Made by a program: the position numbers and the translations under genes. Shown here piece by piece: positions 1 through 12,100 of a DNA stretch of 64,000 nt (position 1 is its first letter; the number at the start of each line of letters is the position of its first letter). The notes beneath the pieces were generated by a model that did no database searches, had not been told where the DNA came from, and worked only from the letters and a program-made list of their open reading frames with translations. Origin of the DNA: Nageia nagi (taxonomy: Eukaryota; Plantae; Pinophyta); NCBI GenBank assembly GCA_050084985.1, contig JBITNC010000002.1, positions 30,070,001 through 30,134,000 on the forward strand. Direction: 5' to 3'.

Positions 1-475
1 AAAATATTCTAAGCATGGGACGTCTGCTTCCTTGATCGCATCATTTTGGGGACATGCAAAAGCATGTTTCTCAAAACATGCGACTAGGGGAAAAACATGT
101 TTTTTCTTCAACAACTTGACCAGAATGACTTCTGAATGCAAATGCAACGAAGGGGTGTGAATTTTGCAGCATGTGGGACCTGAAAATGCAACTTTAATGG
201 CCAAAAATGCAAGTCTGAACATCGAAAATGCAGCATGAAGGAGGGTGCACGTTTTAGGGGACGTGCAAAAGCATGTCCCTCAAAACATATGCCTAATGTA
301 AAATGCCAATTTCTTACTAGCTTTCATCATGAAAGTGCAAATTTTGACATGTTTCCTCTAGCTGGACTAAGATGCATGCATTCTCTTAGACAAAATTTCT
401 TCTATGCATTCATGTTTGATTTTACGAGGGTCCTCAAAAATGCAAAATTTTGGTGGGTGTTGTGCAGGCACAACA
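1..475 (-). mobile_element. 5' end of a giant solo-LTR-like element (same family as 8459, 9349, 23305), continuing beyond window start
   Basis: Reverse complement of 425-475 reads TGTTGTGCCTGCACAACACCCACCAAAATTTTGCATTTTTGAGGACCCTCG, matching the start of the 8459 element; the same ACATGC-TTTT-GCATGT motifs occur at ~49 and ~259. Confidence 0.75.
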
Positions 476-1609
476 AGTTTCTTGTACACAGTATATTTGG
501 ATTCTCTGTTTGACATAAAATTTTTGCTGATTGTTGTTTGGGAGGGGTTATCAGAGACCTGTTAGGCCCTTCACCCAGTTGTTCTCCTTTATCCTTATGA
601 AATAATCCTACAATCTTAACCTACAAGCTGTCTTCCAGTCTGGATTTGACTTTTTTTTGGCCCTAAGTTGGGATTTTGAGGGTTTGCCTCTTCTTGCCTT
701 TCCATTGGCAGGTATAGTTCTCACTGTCCTGTTTCTTACAATTCGTGTTTCCCCTGAACAGTAAGATTTCTTGAATCATCAAAAAGAGTAGTTATCTTGT
801 CTAATTCGTTTTCCAATTCCTTGTCTTGCTTTTTGTTAAATTCATTTAGTACCACAGGCTGACATTTTAACTTGTTTGATTAATGTTGAAAGATGCATGG
901 GATAGTGCTAGACTCTTCCGCTCGCTGGATGCAAAAAGCGAGCTTTTTGACTCTATATTCCAAGCATCTTAACTTATGAGAAGATTTTTTATTTAACCTG
1001 ACCAACAATCATAATTTCTCACATTTGAATTGTGGAACTGATAAGAACGAATTGCTGCTGGTGGAATTTGTCAGGCATACAATTTGAAGTTTTTTTCAAC
1101 AACTTGAAATTCACCAATTAAGGATAAATTATAAGTTAAATTCATTCACTCCCAAAATCTACAAGCAGCAAGGTCTGTTACTAATATGTATGACTCTGAA
1201 AGATTTATAAAGAGATAAACACAACAGAATTACACAAAGAAATAGAGAACAACACAACTTTTTCTACTGAATTTGTAAATGGACAACAAAATCATGAGCA
1301 TTCGTGGACTTTGTCGTACATGAACAAGCTGCTGCAATTGCGAAACAACACTACTGGAATGTTATACATGATCATTGGGTGAAAATCCTTAAATAATGAA
1401 TATCCATTAAAACCTTCATACTCGCACTATAAAGTATACATTGCTTGTTTTGAAATCCTATCAAATACACTTATATAACATTTACATGACTTGTTGACAA
1501 TTCAAGTATCTCAATCATTCATGCTCAACTAGTAACTGTTCTACTGTGTTCTAGATTCCGATCTAAGTTCGTTTTTCTTTTCCTTGAGCCTTTTTAGAAC
1601 TCTTAATAG

Positions 1610-2513
1610 CAAGGTTACATGGGATGTGCTTCTCCCCTTTCTTGGGCTGTTTCACATCCCCAACGGGGAAGTAGCTGAGGGGATGTTTCCCCAGCTATTC
1701 CTCTTTGGAGGACCCATTGGGAAGCGGCCAAGGTTTGGCTAGCTCAGTCAAAAAACGTCCTAGGAGCGTTTCTATTGTCTTTAGGGCGCTTCCAAAGCAG
1801 CCAGGAGCCCCAGACGTTCTGCTGTCATGATTGCATTCAGATTGTTTGTTGATCTCTCACACTCTTTTCCTACATAAGAATACCCATCACCTCTACACTG
1901 CCCACTCCATCCACCATTGCTGCACTTTGTAAAGAGGGCCGGTCTCAATGAGGCTGTGTATGTGTTCCCTAATATTCATGACATCGTGGACTCCTCTGCA
2001 TATGTCTATCTTTTAGAGTCCTGCATTTAGAAGAAAGCCTTACACCAGAGCAGGCGTATCCACTTCTATACTTAACCACAATTTGCTGAGATTCACGGAA
2101 GACGAATTTGTGCACAACACCCTTCTTCAAATGGATGGCAGCCTCATCGATTGCCCATGGAGTTTTTGACGGAATTTGTTTTAATGTTTTAATTTACTTT
2201 TAATGTTTTAAATTTTTAATATATTCAATAATTAATTTAAATTTTAATCTTTTTATAAGAATTTTTATTATATTTAAATTTTTACTTTTAATGTTTAATA
2301 TATCTTGTATTTAATTTTAATCGTTTTATATTATTATAATAAAATATTAATACATTTAATAATTTAATTTTAATTTTTTTATAATTTTTTTAATATATTT
2401 AATTTTAATATTTTTAACCTTCCCCTTGACCTCCCTTAAAATGGGTTTTCCTTAGCTCCATCCCTGAAGCTCCTCCCCCATCTCCTGGCATCCCAAGACT
2501 TTGTGTAATCTTG
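1610..2513. mobile_element. Non-autonomous TIR element (hAT-like MITE/Pack element)
   Basis: Imperfect TIRs CAAGGTTACAT (1610) and GTGTAATCTTG (2503-2513); GGGGA/TCCCC-rich subtermini; AT-rich core; no TSD recognised. Confidence 0.5.
1915..2176 (+). pseudogene. PLS-class pentatricopeptide repeat (PPR) gene N-terminal fragment
   Basis: Manual translation across frameshifts and a stop: IAALCKEGR/LNEAVYV...VDSSAYVYLLESCI*KKALHQSRRIH...FVHNTLLQMDGSLID/AHGVFDGI, typical first PPR motifs. Confidence 0.7.
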
Positions 2514-3103
2514 GAGTTTTCCTATTTAAAAAAAAAAAAATATCAGAAGGTTTTCCTTTTCTAATTTATGAAATAATCTGTCTAATAAATATGCAACTGT
2601 ATTATTGCTTTAATAGTTATGTACGATATCTTAATTGAGCTTCAATATAACACAAATGAAAGGCAGAAAGAATACGTGTTATATACTATTTGGTTTTCTA
2701 TGATATATTTTAAAGCGAATTGTTATATAGGCAAGTCGTAACATGTTAGTATCCAAAGTCTTTTTGCATGTTTTTATGTTTTCCTATTTATGCATTCAAT
2801 ATATCTAAGATCCATAGTCAGATGTTTCAAACACCATTAAAGGACTAAGTCTTCGTATTTAATCAGATCTTTTGATGTTTACTTATAATATTTCAGAGTT
2901 GCCAATGTTCAACATCTTTATTGGTATTGATTTTCTGAGAGTGAACAGTGTGTTGCATATTCATCGTATTCTATATTTATGATGTTTTGTCTTCCTTCTA
3001 TCATCATCATATTGGTCCATTTAAAGATAGATAGTAGTGTGACTGTAAAATTCTTGGTAAGCTGTCTTGTAGCATTCACTGATATCTGTGTCAAGATTTG
3101 CAG

Positions 3104-3142
3104 GTAACTCATACAATGATGAAGAACGCTGTATTCTGGCTG
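3104..3142 (+). CDS. WDR92: WDR92 exon ([14 protein letters not shown])
   Basis: ttgcag|GTAAC...GCTG|gtaagc. Confidence 0.85.
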
Positions 3143-6100
3143 GTAAGCTTGCCTTTCTGTTTTTGTATTTATTTTCAAGCTTTCCTGGATGTCTTGGATT
3201 AAATCGACTACTTCCTCAATCAGATGGTGTGAGAAAATAACTTGAAGTGGTAAATATTGGAAGGCCTACATAATTCTGTGTTTCTATGCAGGCTATGATA
3301 ATGGAGATATAAAAATGTTTGACTTAAGGATTGGGAAGGTCCGATGGGAAATGACTGTTAAGAATGGGGTAACTGTTATTATCTTAATTTAACCTGTAAT
3401 ACTTTTATTTGTGTTTGTGAAAGGTTAGCAACGATGAAATATGCTTTTGTTCTACAACTTTCTGAAAATGGACCTGTTCTTTGTTTTAGCGTGATTGGAG
3501 AACGAGCTTACTGAATTGTTTCAGAACGAATATGGTCTTGTTAGGCAATTGATTTGTTAATCAAACTGTTATTGTTCTTTGTTTTGAAGGTATGTGGTAT
3601 ACAGTTTGACCGTAAAGATATTGAGATGAACAAGTGTGTGGCAACTACATTGGAGTCACAGTTTCATGTATGTACAATGTGCTTGTTGAAAGTTTAATGC
3701 CTCTTGTATTTCCTTCGTACTTGTAAGGTAAATTTTTACAAATGGCATTATTCTTTATATGCAGGTTTTTGATCTTCGCATTCAACATCCAGAGAAGGGC
3801 TTCTCTTGTCTGACAGAGAAGGTAAATTTACATTGTTCCAGTTGTAAATTTGCAATCTGTGTTATGAGGTGAATGTGTTGTATTTAAATGTTCTCATCAA
3901 TCACACTAATTATTGTTAAGAGCATTCTATCCAATTCTTTCCTTGACAGACCACTAAGAACATGTTGTCTTAGTTTTTCTTTTTCGATTTTACAAGACAT
4001 TGACTTATTGTGGAAAAGAAGCATGATAGGAATAACATACCGATGACAAGAGCATAAACATAAGTACTATTTTTAATCTTGTGTGCAATATTTAATTAAC
4101 TAACAGACCCATACAAGTATATAGTCATTCTTATAGTTCTAGTTAATATGCTTGAAGTTAATGCTATATTATATATATATATATATATATATTAATTTCA
4201 TTGAGAATCATTTTCCTTTGCAAAATGATTATCTCAGTTGTACACTAAGGTTGCATGGAAGATTTTAGGACACAAGTAAAGAAAGAAAGAAAAGAATATT
4301 AATGTCATTGGGTGACCAAAAGCGGTCAATGGGATTAAAAAGTACAATCATGCATGGTGGAGCCAGCAAAGACCCTACTAGGCCACATCTAAAGAAAGCA
4401 TATAAGTTATATATAAGCCAAAATATCGTACAAAGGTCCAAACCCTAAGAGAGGGAGGAACAAAATCATAATTAGCAAGAGGAAAACTATCCTGGACCTT
4501 TTAGAGGAGAGGAGAAGGAGTGTGCGTGGGGATTGATGTGATCTCATCCAACGGTGTGCAAGGGTGATCCGTGTGCTCTCATACCCGCATCCAAGATTGA
4601 GGTGCCTTGAGATGGGAGTGATCACATCCAATGGCTAGGAATGCCATCGTTGGGTTATGGGAGTCTCCCATGCTCCTAGGTATCACCAACTATGGTCTAA
4701 GAGCCACCAAGGGAGACATGGGTGTCTGTGGATGCCCAACATCCATGTGTGGAGTCTTCCAATGCCACGTAGTGGGTGAAAACACCTTAGTTCATGCTCT
4801 ACCTCAAAAGGGGAACAATTATTACAAGAGAGGCCCATTAAATGTCAATATTACAATCATCAAGGTTAAATATGTGCAACGTTCCATAAATGGTGACTAA
4901 TATTGCATTTATAATTAATTGTTGCCTTGGTATCAGGAATACATCATTATTGACATTAAAATATTAAATAATCCTATTTGTACTAAAAAGGCCCAATGTC
5001 CCATAATTGGAGTAATTACAATTAAAGCCATAATGCTAATAAAGTACTCCTAATTAAATATAAATCACTCCTAGATTGTAATAATTGCACATCTTTAGAG
5101 AAAGGATGTGAACCTTCCAGTGGTCAATTGGAAAGAGAATTTTGGATTCCAGTGCATGTGCGTGATATTAGAAAATTGGTTGGACAGACGAACTTCAAGA
5201 TTCCATAACTCTTTCGTTTCTTGATGAAACCTAGTTGTGTAATCTGTCAAAACGATTGGCACAAGGTCCTCTTTCCATTCCAAGTTACGAAACATTAATT
5301 TCTAGCTTGTAGAAGACGAGACCCTTTTAATACCAAAAATGAATAGAACCTTACAAGTTGGGGACATTACATATACCTCCTAATAGACAAATGACTCTTC
5401 CTAAGCTAGACGATGGGCAATTAAGGAATAATATATTTCCTTAATACAAAACATGGCCCACTTTAATTATAAAATAACAAAGACTCCTAATCTAAATAAA
5501 ATTCACTCCTAATACCCCTCATAGGGTCAGACCATTAATTTTAAGTGTCACAAACGACACTAAATACAATATTAATAATGCGGGTCCCGCACGTGCGATA
5601 GTAGAAACTGTCGTCGGGAGTGAATCTTCAAAATTTCATATCTCCTTCGTTTCTTAGCGGAACCATGTCGTGTGATCTATCAAAACGATTGACACAAGAT
5701 TCTCAATCCATTTCAAAAGACAAATCGGCGATCCATGGATTGTGACAAAAGTTATGCCTTGAACAAGGTTTCTCGAAATTGGGGACATTACATAATTACT
5801 TATACCTATATAGGTGTAACCAACATAGGTCAGATAAGGAGTCATAACACAATGGTAGCTGGCACAGATTCAATGTTGCATTCTAAATAAACAAACTATC
5901 AAATTAGAAAAGATTTCATAAGCGTGCATAAGCACAACATAGACCTTTGATTCAAAGAGCAAGCATTTAGTTTCTTATCCATTATGCATATGAACCTATA
6001 AAATAACAAAGATGTACTTATGTGGGTTAAAGCAACAATCAGATTCTGATTCAAGGTGCAAGTGTTTGAATATTTGTTTTTGCTGAATAATCATCACTAG

Positions 6101-9100
6101 GTGGATAAAATTCATTGTCTGCTGGTTAAATAATCCACGATCTCACATTTTCTATTAACGCAAGGATATACCTGAAATTGTAATGCCTTTGTATCTGTAT
6201 GGATCATAATTGTTACGAGTTTTCATTTGTCCTGTCTATATTGCATAATTAAGTTACTCAAGTCTCATCATTCTTTTTGTGTTGTCTCTGTTTCATCTCT
6301 GAATAAGATCTGCACTCCAATTTCATTGGCATATCAACCTTATATTTTTTTAATCCGTTGTACATTTGGAAGATAGATATTATGGTGTCTGACAGCTGCT
6401 TGCTGATGTAGATGTCTATTGGAACAACAGTGTGGGGAGTGAAGCATCTTCCGCAGAATCCAGAGGTTTTTATGGTTCTTGGAGGCGATGGAACCCTATC
6501 TCTGTATAAATATTCTCACCCTAGTCAACGCTCCTCAAAAACTTTGGGTGGAAAACCTAATGGGGTATTCTTTCTCTCTCTATTTCTCTAGGTTGTGTTG
6601 ATGCATGTTAACACAAACAGAGGTGCATGAAGAAATGTGGAATTTGTCTCCAATATAATACAAGGCTTAGAATCTTGTAGTGTCATGTCTTCCGCTAAAT
6701 TGGATGTGTTAGATAAAGGTCTAAACTGTAAGGGTCCCATCTGGTATTCTGTTAACCTGAATGAAGTAATTTGTTGATACAGTATCTTTCCATTTATACC
6801 TGAGGTGCACCAGACCAGATGGTTTCCTATGGAAATATGTATGATATTTACATACCAATGGGGTAATACTGTAAATAAAATGTAAGAGATATGATTGGTA
6901 CGCCCTTGAATGGTGTGTGCATTTCAACTCACCAAAACACATGCACAAGCACAAAGGGTCTGTATACCTAGTGGTACGTCCCATCATGGTGCCCCTGCAA
7001 AAATAATGGTTAATTAATTACACACATAACATGCCCTCCATAATTGGAAAAGTTTCATCCTTAAAGCTCGAGTAGAATATAACCAATACAGTCTTGATAA
7101 ATATGTGCTGTATTTATATAGCGAGTGTGGTATAATCCAACCAAGGTAAAGTTTGAGTGGCAAGGAATGATTTTGTAATTGAATGAAAAACGCTTTGAGT
7201 GCAAAGATGATGTTCGTGGATCCATGAATATTGTCGATTGTCATCATACTTACGAATATTCAACTATTGATATCGACGATGATGGTAATAATATGCACGT
7301 CATCAAGGTCTCATATCAAACGCATGTGAGATTAATTGAGAATGATCACCATTTTTTTTCATCTCATTGCAATCACTATTGACATGTTTATTTTTTATAT
7401 TATTAGGCACATATTGAGTTCATATATCTGATGTAGTTTGAATGTCTGCATCATTGACGGATGTAAAATTTTCTGAAAAGTAGATATTTAAAACACATTG
7501 GTCTCTTTGGACTTTATGGTTTTTTCTAGTAACATTAATTTTAACATTCTTTGGACTGTCAATTGTTGTTGTTTGTTGTGACTTAAGACACTGAATTTAT
7601 TGAGGAGAATCGTCTTGTTTAACAAGAGATTTCTCAATATATTGCAGGTCACTCACCTATTATCACATTTAATCATCTTGTTTAACAAGAGATTTCTTAA
7701 TTTGATCTTGATCTTGATCTTGTTTAACAAGAGATTTCTTAATTTGATCTTGATCTTGATCTTGTTTAACAAGAGATTTCTTAATTTGATCTTGTTTGAC
7801 AAGAGTTTTCTTCATCTTGTTTAACAAGAGATTTCTTCATCTTGTTTAACAAGAAATTTCTTAATTTGATCTTTTAGGTCACGTACCTATTATCACATTT
7901 ACTTAACAGAGCTTGTAAAAATTCAATGGTGTGTTACTCAGACAAATGATTTGCACACCATTTATTGATAAATAGTACATCTAGTTTGTCATATGTTAAT
8001 TTTCTTTAACTCAATGTTGAGGTTATTCCAGAATAATTTGGAATTAGCTTGAAGACTACCAGGGAAACATGAAAGATGTATGCTTGTAAATTTTCAATGA
8101 TGTTTTACTGCAACAAATATTTTATACACCATTTATTGATAAATAGTCCCATAATTTGCCCTATGTTTATTTGCTTTTAACACATTCCATGATAATTTGG
8201 AATTACCTTGAAGGCAACCTGGGAACTATGATGGATGTGGTGCATGACTTGTGAATCATCCCCACCAATGTTTTGCATCTTCTTTCCCAAAAAAAGATTT
8301 TTATCTTTGATGCATAAAATTAAGCTTTGAGCTAATATCAAACTTTTCTTGTTTACTTAATTTTTATTGACCATTCTACTTTTAATAGAACTGAAAAACT
8401 CTTTGATAGTAGTTGTCCCCTTAAATAGCTTCTATTTGTGGGGTGTGTGTCTATAATATGTTATGCGTGCACAACACCCCCAAAATTTTGGCATTTTTGA
8501 GGACGCTCATTGTATTGAAATTTAAAGGCATTAAAGATTTTTTCTAAGTAAATGCATGCATTGTAGACCAAACAAGGATAGATGTGGTGAATTTGCATCT
8601 TCATGTTAAAACAAGTTAAAATTTTGCCATTTTGTCCATGGTGCATGTTTTAGGGGACATGCTTTTGCATGTACCATAAAAGGTGTGCCTCCCCTTCATA
8701 TTGCATTGTTTTGGGTCAAATCTTGCATTTTCGTTTAAATTGCATCTTTCATGTGCACTTCATACTTGGTCATTCTATGAAATTGCATCCCATTATCGGG
8801 GGTCATCTTGGTCATTTTGAAGAAAATTAGCATGTTTTATGCCTGAGCGCATGGTTTGAGGGACATGCTTTTGTATGTACCAAAATCGGTGCACTTTGGC
8901 GAATGAGGTACTTTGATTAGCAAATTTTGGAGGAAATTTGTCAAAACAGCCTGAGCGCATGGTTTGATGGACATGCTTTTGCATGTACCAAAATCGGTGT
9001 GCCCTCTTTCAGGTACGAAAATTTGGCTAAGTGTGGAATTCTGGACGTTCAACGTGAGGGAGACAGGTGTGTTCACATGCATTGGGCCTTCACTCACACC

Positions 9101-12100
9101 AATTGCTACATGACACCTATCCACTTGAGCAAGTTTATAAAAGGAAGGTCAACTTTGGGATTTAGTTTGTTTGGTTGATTTTAGAGCATTGTGCTATGCT
9201 AAGTCTAGAGAAGCACATCCCCTAAAGGATGCGCTCTGCTTTGGATGGTAATTTTCAAGGTCATTTTCATTAAATATTAATTCGTTGCATTGGAGAATGT
9301 GCCGTGAGATTGTGCGCATGATTTTTAAAGTGTGCTTAGGCACCCACCTATTGTGCCCGCACAACACACCCCAAAATACAAGATTTTGGGGACCTTATTT
9401 TTGCAAAGGCAATGCGGTGCATTGCCTTGAGATTGGCTTTTGACGAGTTCATTCTGAAGACTGCAAACATGATATCAGGGAGCGATTCAAGGAGATCATG
9501 CGACGAAGACCCTGAAGAGTATCATAGTATCCAATCACCGATTTTGGAGCCAAGGAGCTAGGATCTAAGAGAGAGTATCAGAGAATGAATTTTTGGGTCT
9601 AGAGTGAAGCCAATGGAGATGGGGTCATTTTTCATAGTATGTGCTCAAAAATGGCTAGTATGGCGGAAAATGCGTAGTTTGAGCCAGAAATGATCGGAAA
9701 TGCAAAATTTGAGCCGAAAGTGATGGAATATGCAAATTTGGTCAAGTTTGAGCTCAGAAATGGTGGACATGGGTCCAGAATGCAAAAGGTATGCCCTAGG
9801 GCATAGTTTGAGGGTTTTAGTGATATCAGAGCCCAGGTTTGGACACATAGCTCCTAGGAATGGCAAAATATGAAAATTGTTCAAGAGATAAATGCAAATG
9901 GTGTCGAAAATCAAGTCCAAGAGCATCATTGGAGAGATAAGGTTAATTCCAACACAATTAGGACTTGAAATTTTTGATTTTGACCAAGTTTTGAGCCTTC
10001 CAAGCCTAGGTGCATTTTTTCAAGCCAATAGAAATCCAATGGGGCGAATTTTGGCGCTTAGCTACCAAGGAGAAAATGTCATTTGTCTCGAAAAACAAGG
10101 GAGATGGTTTGTTTGCATGTAAAATCCTGTTCTAAGGCACTTTAGGTGTACAAATTTTGATTTTTACCAAGGGAAGTGCCCTAAAATCTTAGGCACATGT
10201 TTTCAAGCCTATGGAAATTCATACACATGCATTTTGGCACCTAAATTGAAGGAAAAAAAATGCATTTTCACTAAAAGACAAAACCAAAGGCATAAATTGA
10301 TGGAAATGGTGATTTCAAGCATCTTTAGGTCTCCAAATTTTCGAATTTGAGCAGGCTTTGAGGCCCAAAAGGCTAGGTGCATGTTTTCAGCTGTATGGAA
10401 TTCCAATGGAGTGAATTTTGGCACCTAGCATGAGAGGAAACGATAAATTTTTGATAAAAGTCAAGTTTGAAGGCTTGGGTACAAGGAAAAAGGCATTTCA
10501 AGAAGGTTTAGGTCTACATTTTTATGATTTTGACGAAGTTTGAGCCTGTGAGGTCTCCCTTGTACATCTAGTGGGACCAGTCTGGTCATCTTGTACTATA
10601 CTTATTTTATGTACTTGCATTATGTAACTTAGGATAGGAGATTTAATGGGTCTAGTGGACACCACTATGAGCCCCAAGTGGGACGTCTCCCTCCTAAGTA
10701 ATAGATTAAGCATGTGTTGCATTGGAGATCCTAGATTGTGAGAATCCCAAGGTGTGTTTATGCATTAGAGTGATGGGTGGCCACCAGCATGCTAGCGCCA
10801 CACTAGGGAGGGCCCCATATCCCCATGTTGGCTCATGAGGACTTTAGGACCCCCACGTTGGCACTTTAAGTGCTAAGGACCCCATGTTGGCATTTTATGT
10901 GATCATGACCCCCACGTTGGCATTATGAGTGATCATAACCCCCACGTTGGCACTTTAAGTGATTGGACCCCCCAAATACCCAATGTTGGATTAGATGGGC
11001 CTGGGATGACTCCTAGGTGAGTTTCGGACACCAGTAATGTATAAATAGACATTGGAGCTTCAGTATTGGACAACCATTATTACACTTAGTACTCTACTTC
11101 GTCCGATGGACAAGACCTTAGTGGAATGCTAAGCGTATTCCTTAGGTGGAGCACCTAAGAGGGTAGTCAAGTGTTGGGATCCTGATTATATACGGCATTG
11201 GTGGAGCATCCCGAGGGTTTACTTCTACCGTTTGATTGGTTAGCCAGGTTTTGAAGAGGGCTCCTTCAGTGGAGAGGATTCGGGATTTGAGGGAGTGAAT
11301 CTATCTCGTGGTTCTACATCTGTTCAGTGTTTGAGATATCAGAGTATTGTGCCTTAGTTGACTCCCTTGAGGCCAACGATTGCCCATTGGCTTGGTATTG
11401 TATTGCATCCTTTGTATATCATTTATATACAGCTAGGGGGCTTCAGATCTCATTATTGTATTTGTACATTCCATACTTGTGCATGCGTTGGGTTGTTTAT
11501 GTTGATTGTACATGCATGAGCCAAACTTTGGCATTTTGATGTGCTATTCATTGTTGTATGCTTGCAAATGCTAGACTTTGGCATGTGGATGTATTAATCA
11601 TTGAATCTTGCGTGTTATACTTAGTCATTGGCATTTTGGGTACCTAAATGTGTAATCTTAATACCCTAACCCTAATGTTGCATGCTTGAGAGTTTGAATG
11701 TGTGAGTTGGATGCCCTAGACTTGACGTTGGGGCTTGATCATCCTATATTGCTAGTTTTTGGTTGAGTTTTAATTTTGGATCATCACAAGTGGTATTAGA
11801 GTCTAGATCTGGCCAGCTTGTGCATGAGACCCAGAATCCCCCGCTACTATACCAGATCTAGCAAAAGATGGATGGCATCTGCTAGGAAGAGCAATAGATC
11901 AGAGGAGACAACAAAGATAGCCTTCTAGGGTGAGGAGAGATGGCCATGGATGAATGAACCGCCGAAAGAGAGGGTTTCTAGAGATGAGGGAGAGGCACAG
12001 GGGGCGCGAGATGATAGGCAGAGGTCTTCCAGGAGGAGGAGCTCCACTTCGGTTCGGGGATCTACTCCTGAATGAAAGTTTGATGAGATCATTTTGGCCA

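Noticed and set aside
510-760. Another LINE 3' end on the minus strand
   Set aside because: Only weak resemblance to the 32.5-32.9 kb tail; no TSD or ORF support
7600-7824. Repetitive protein ([11 protein letters not shown])n
   Set aside because: Translation of the palindromic DNA array; non-ATG start, intronic
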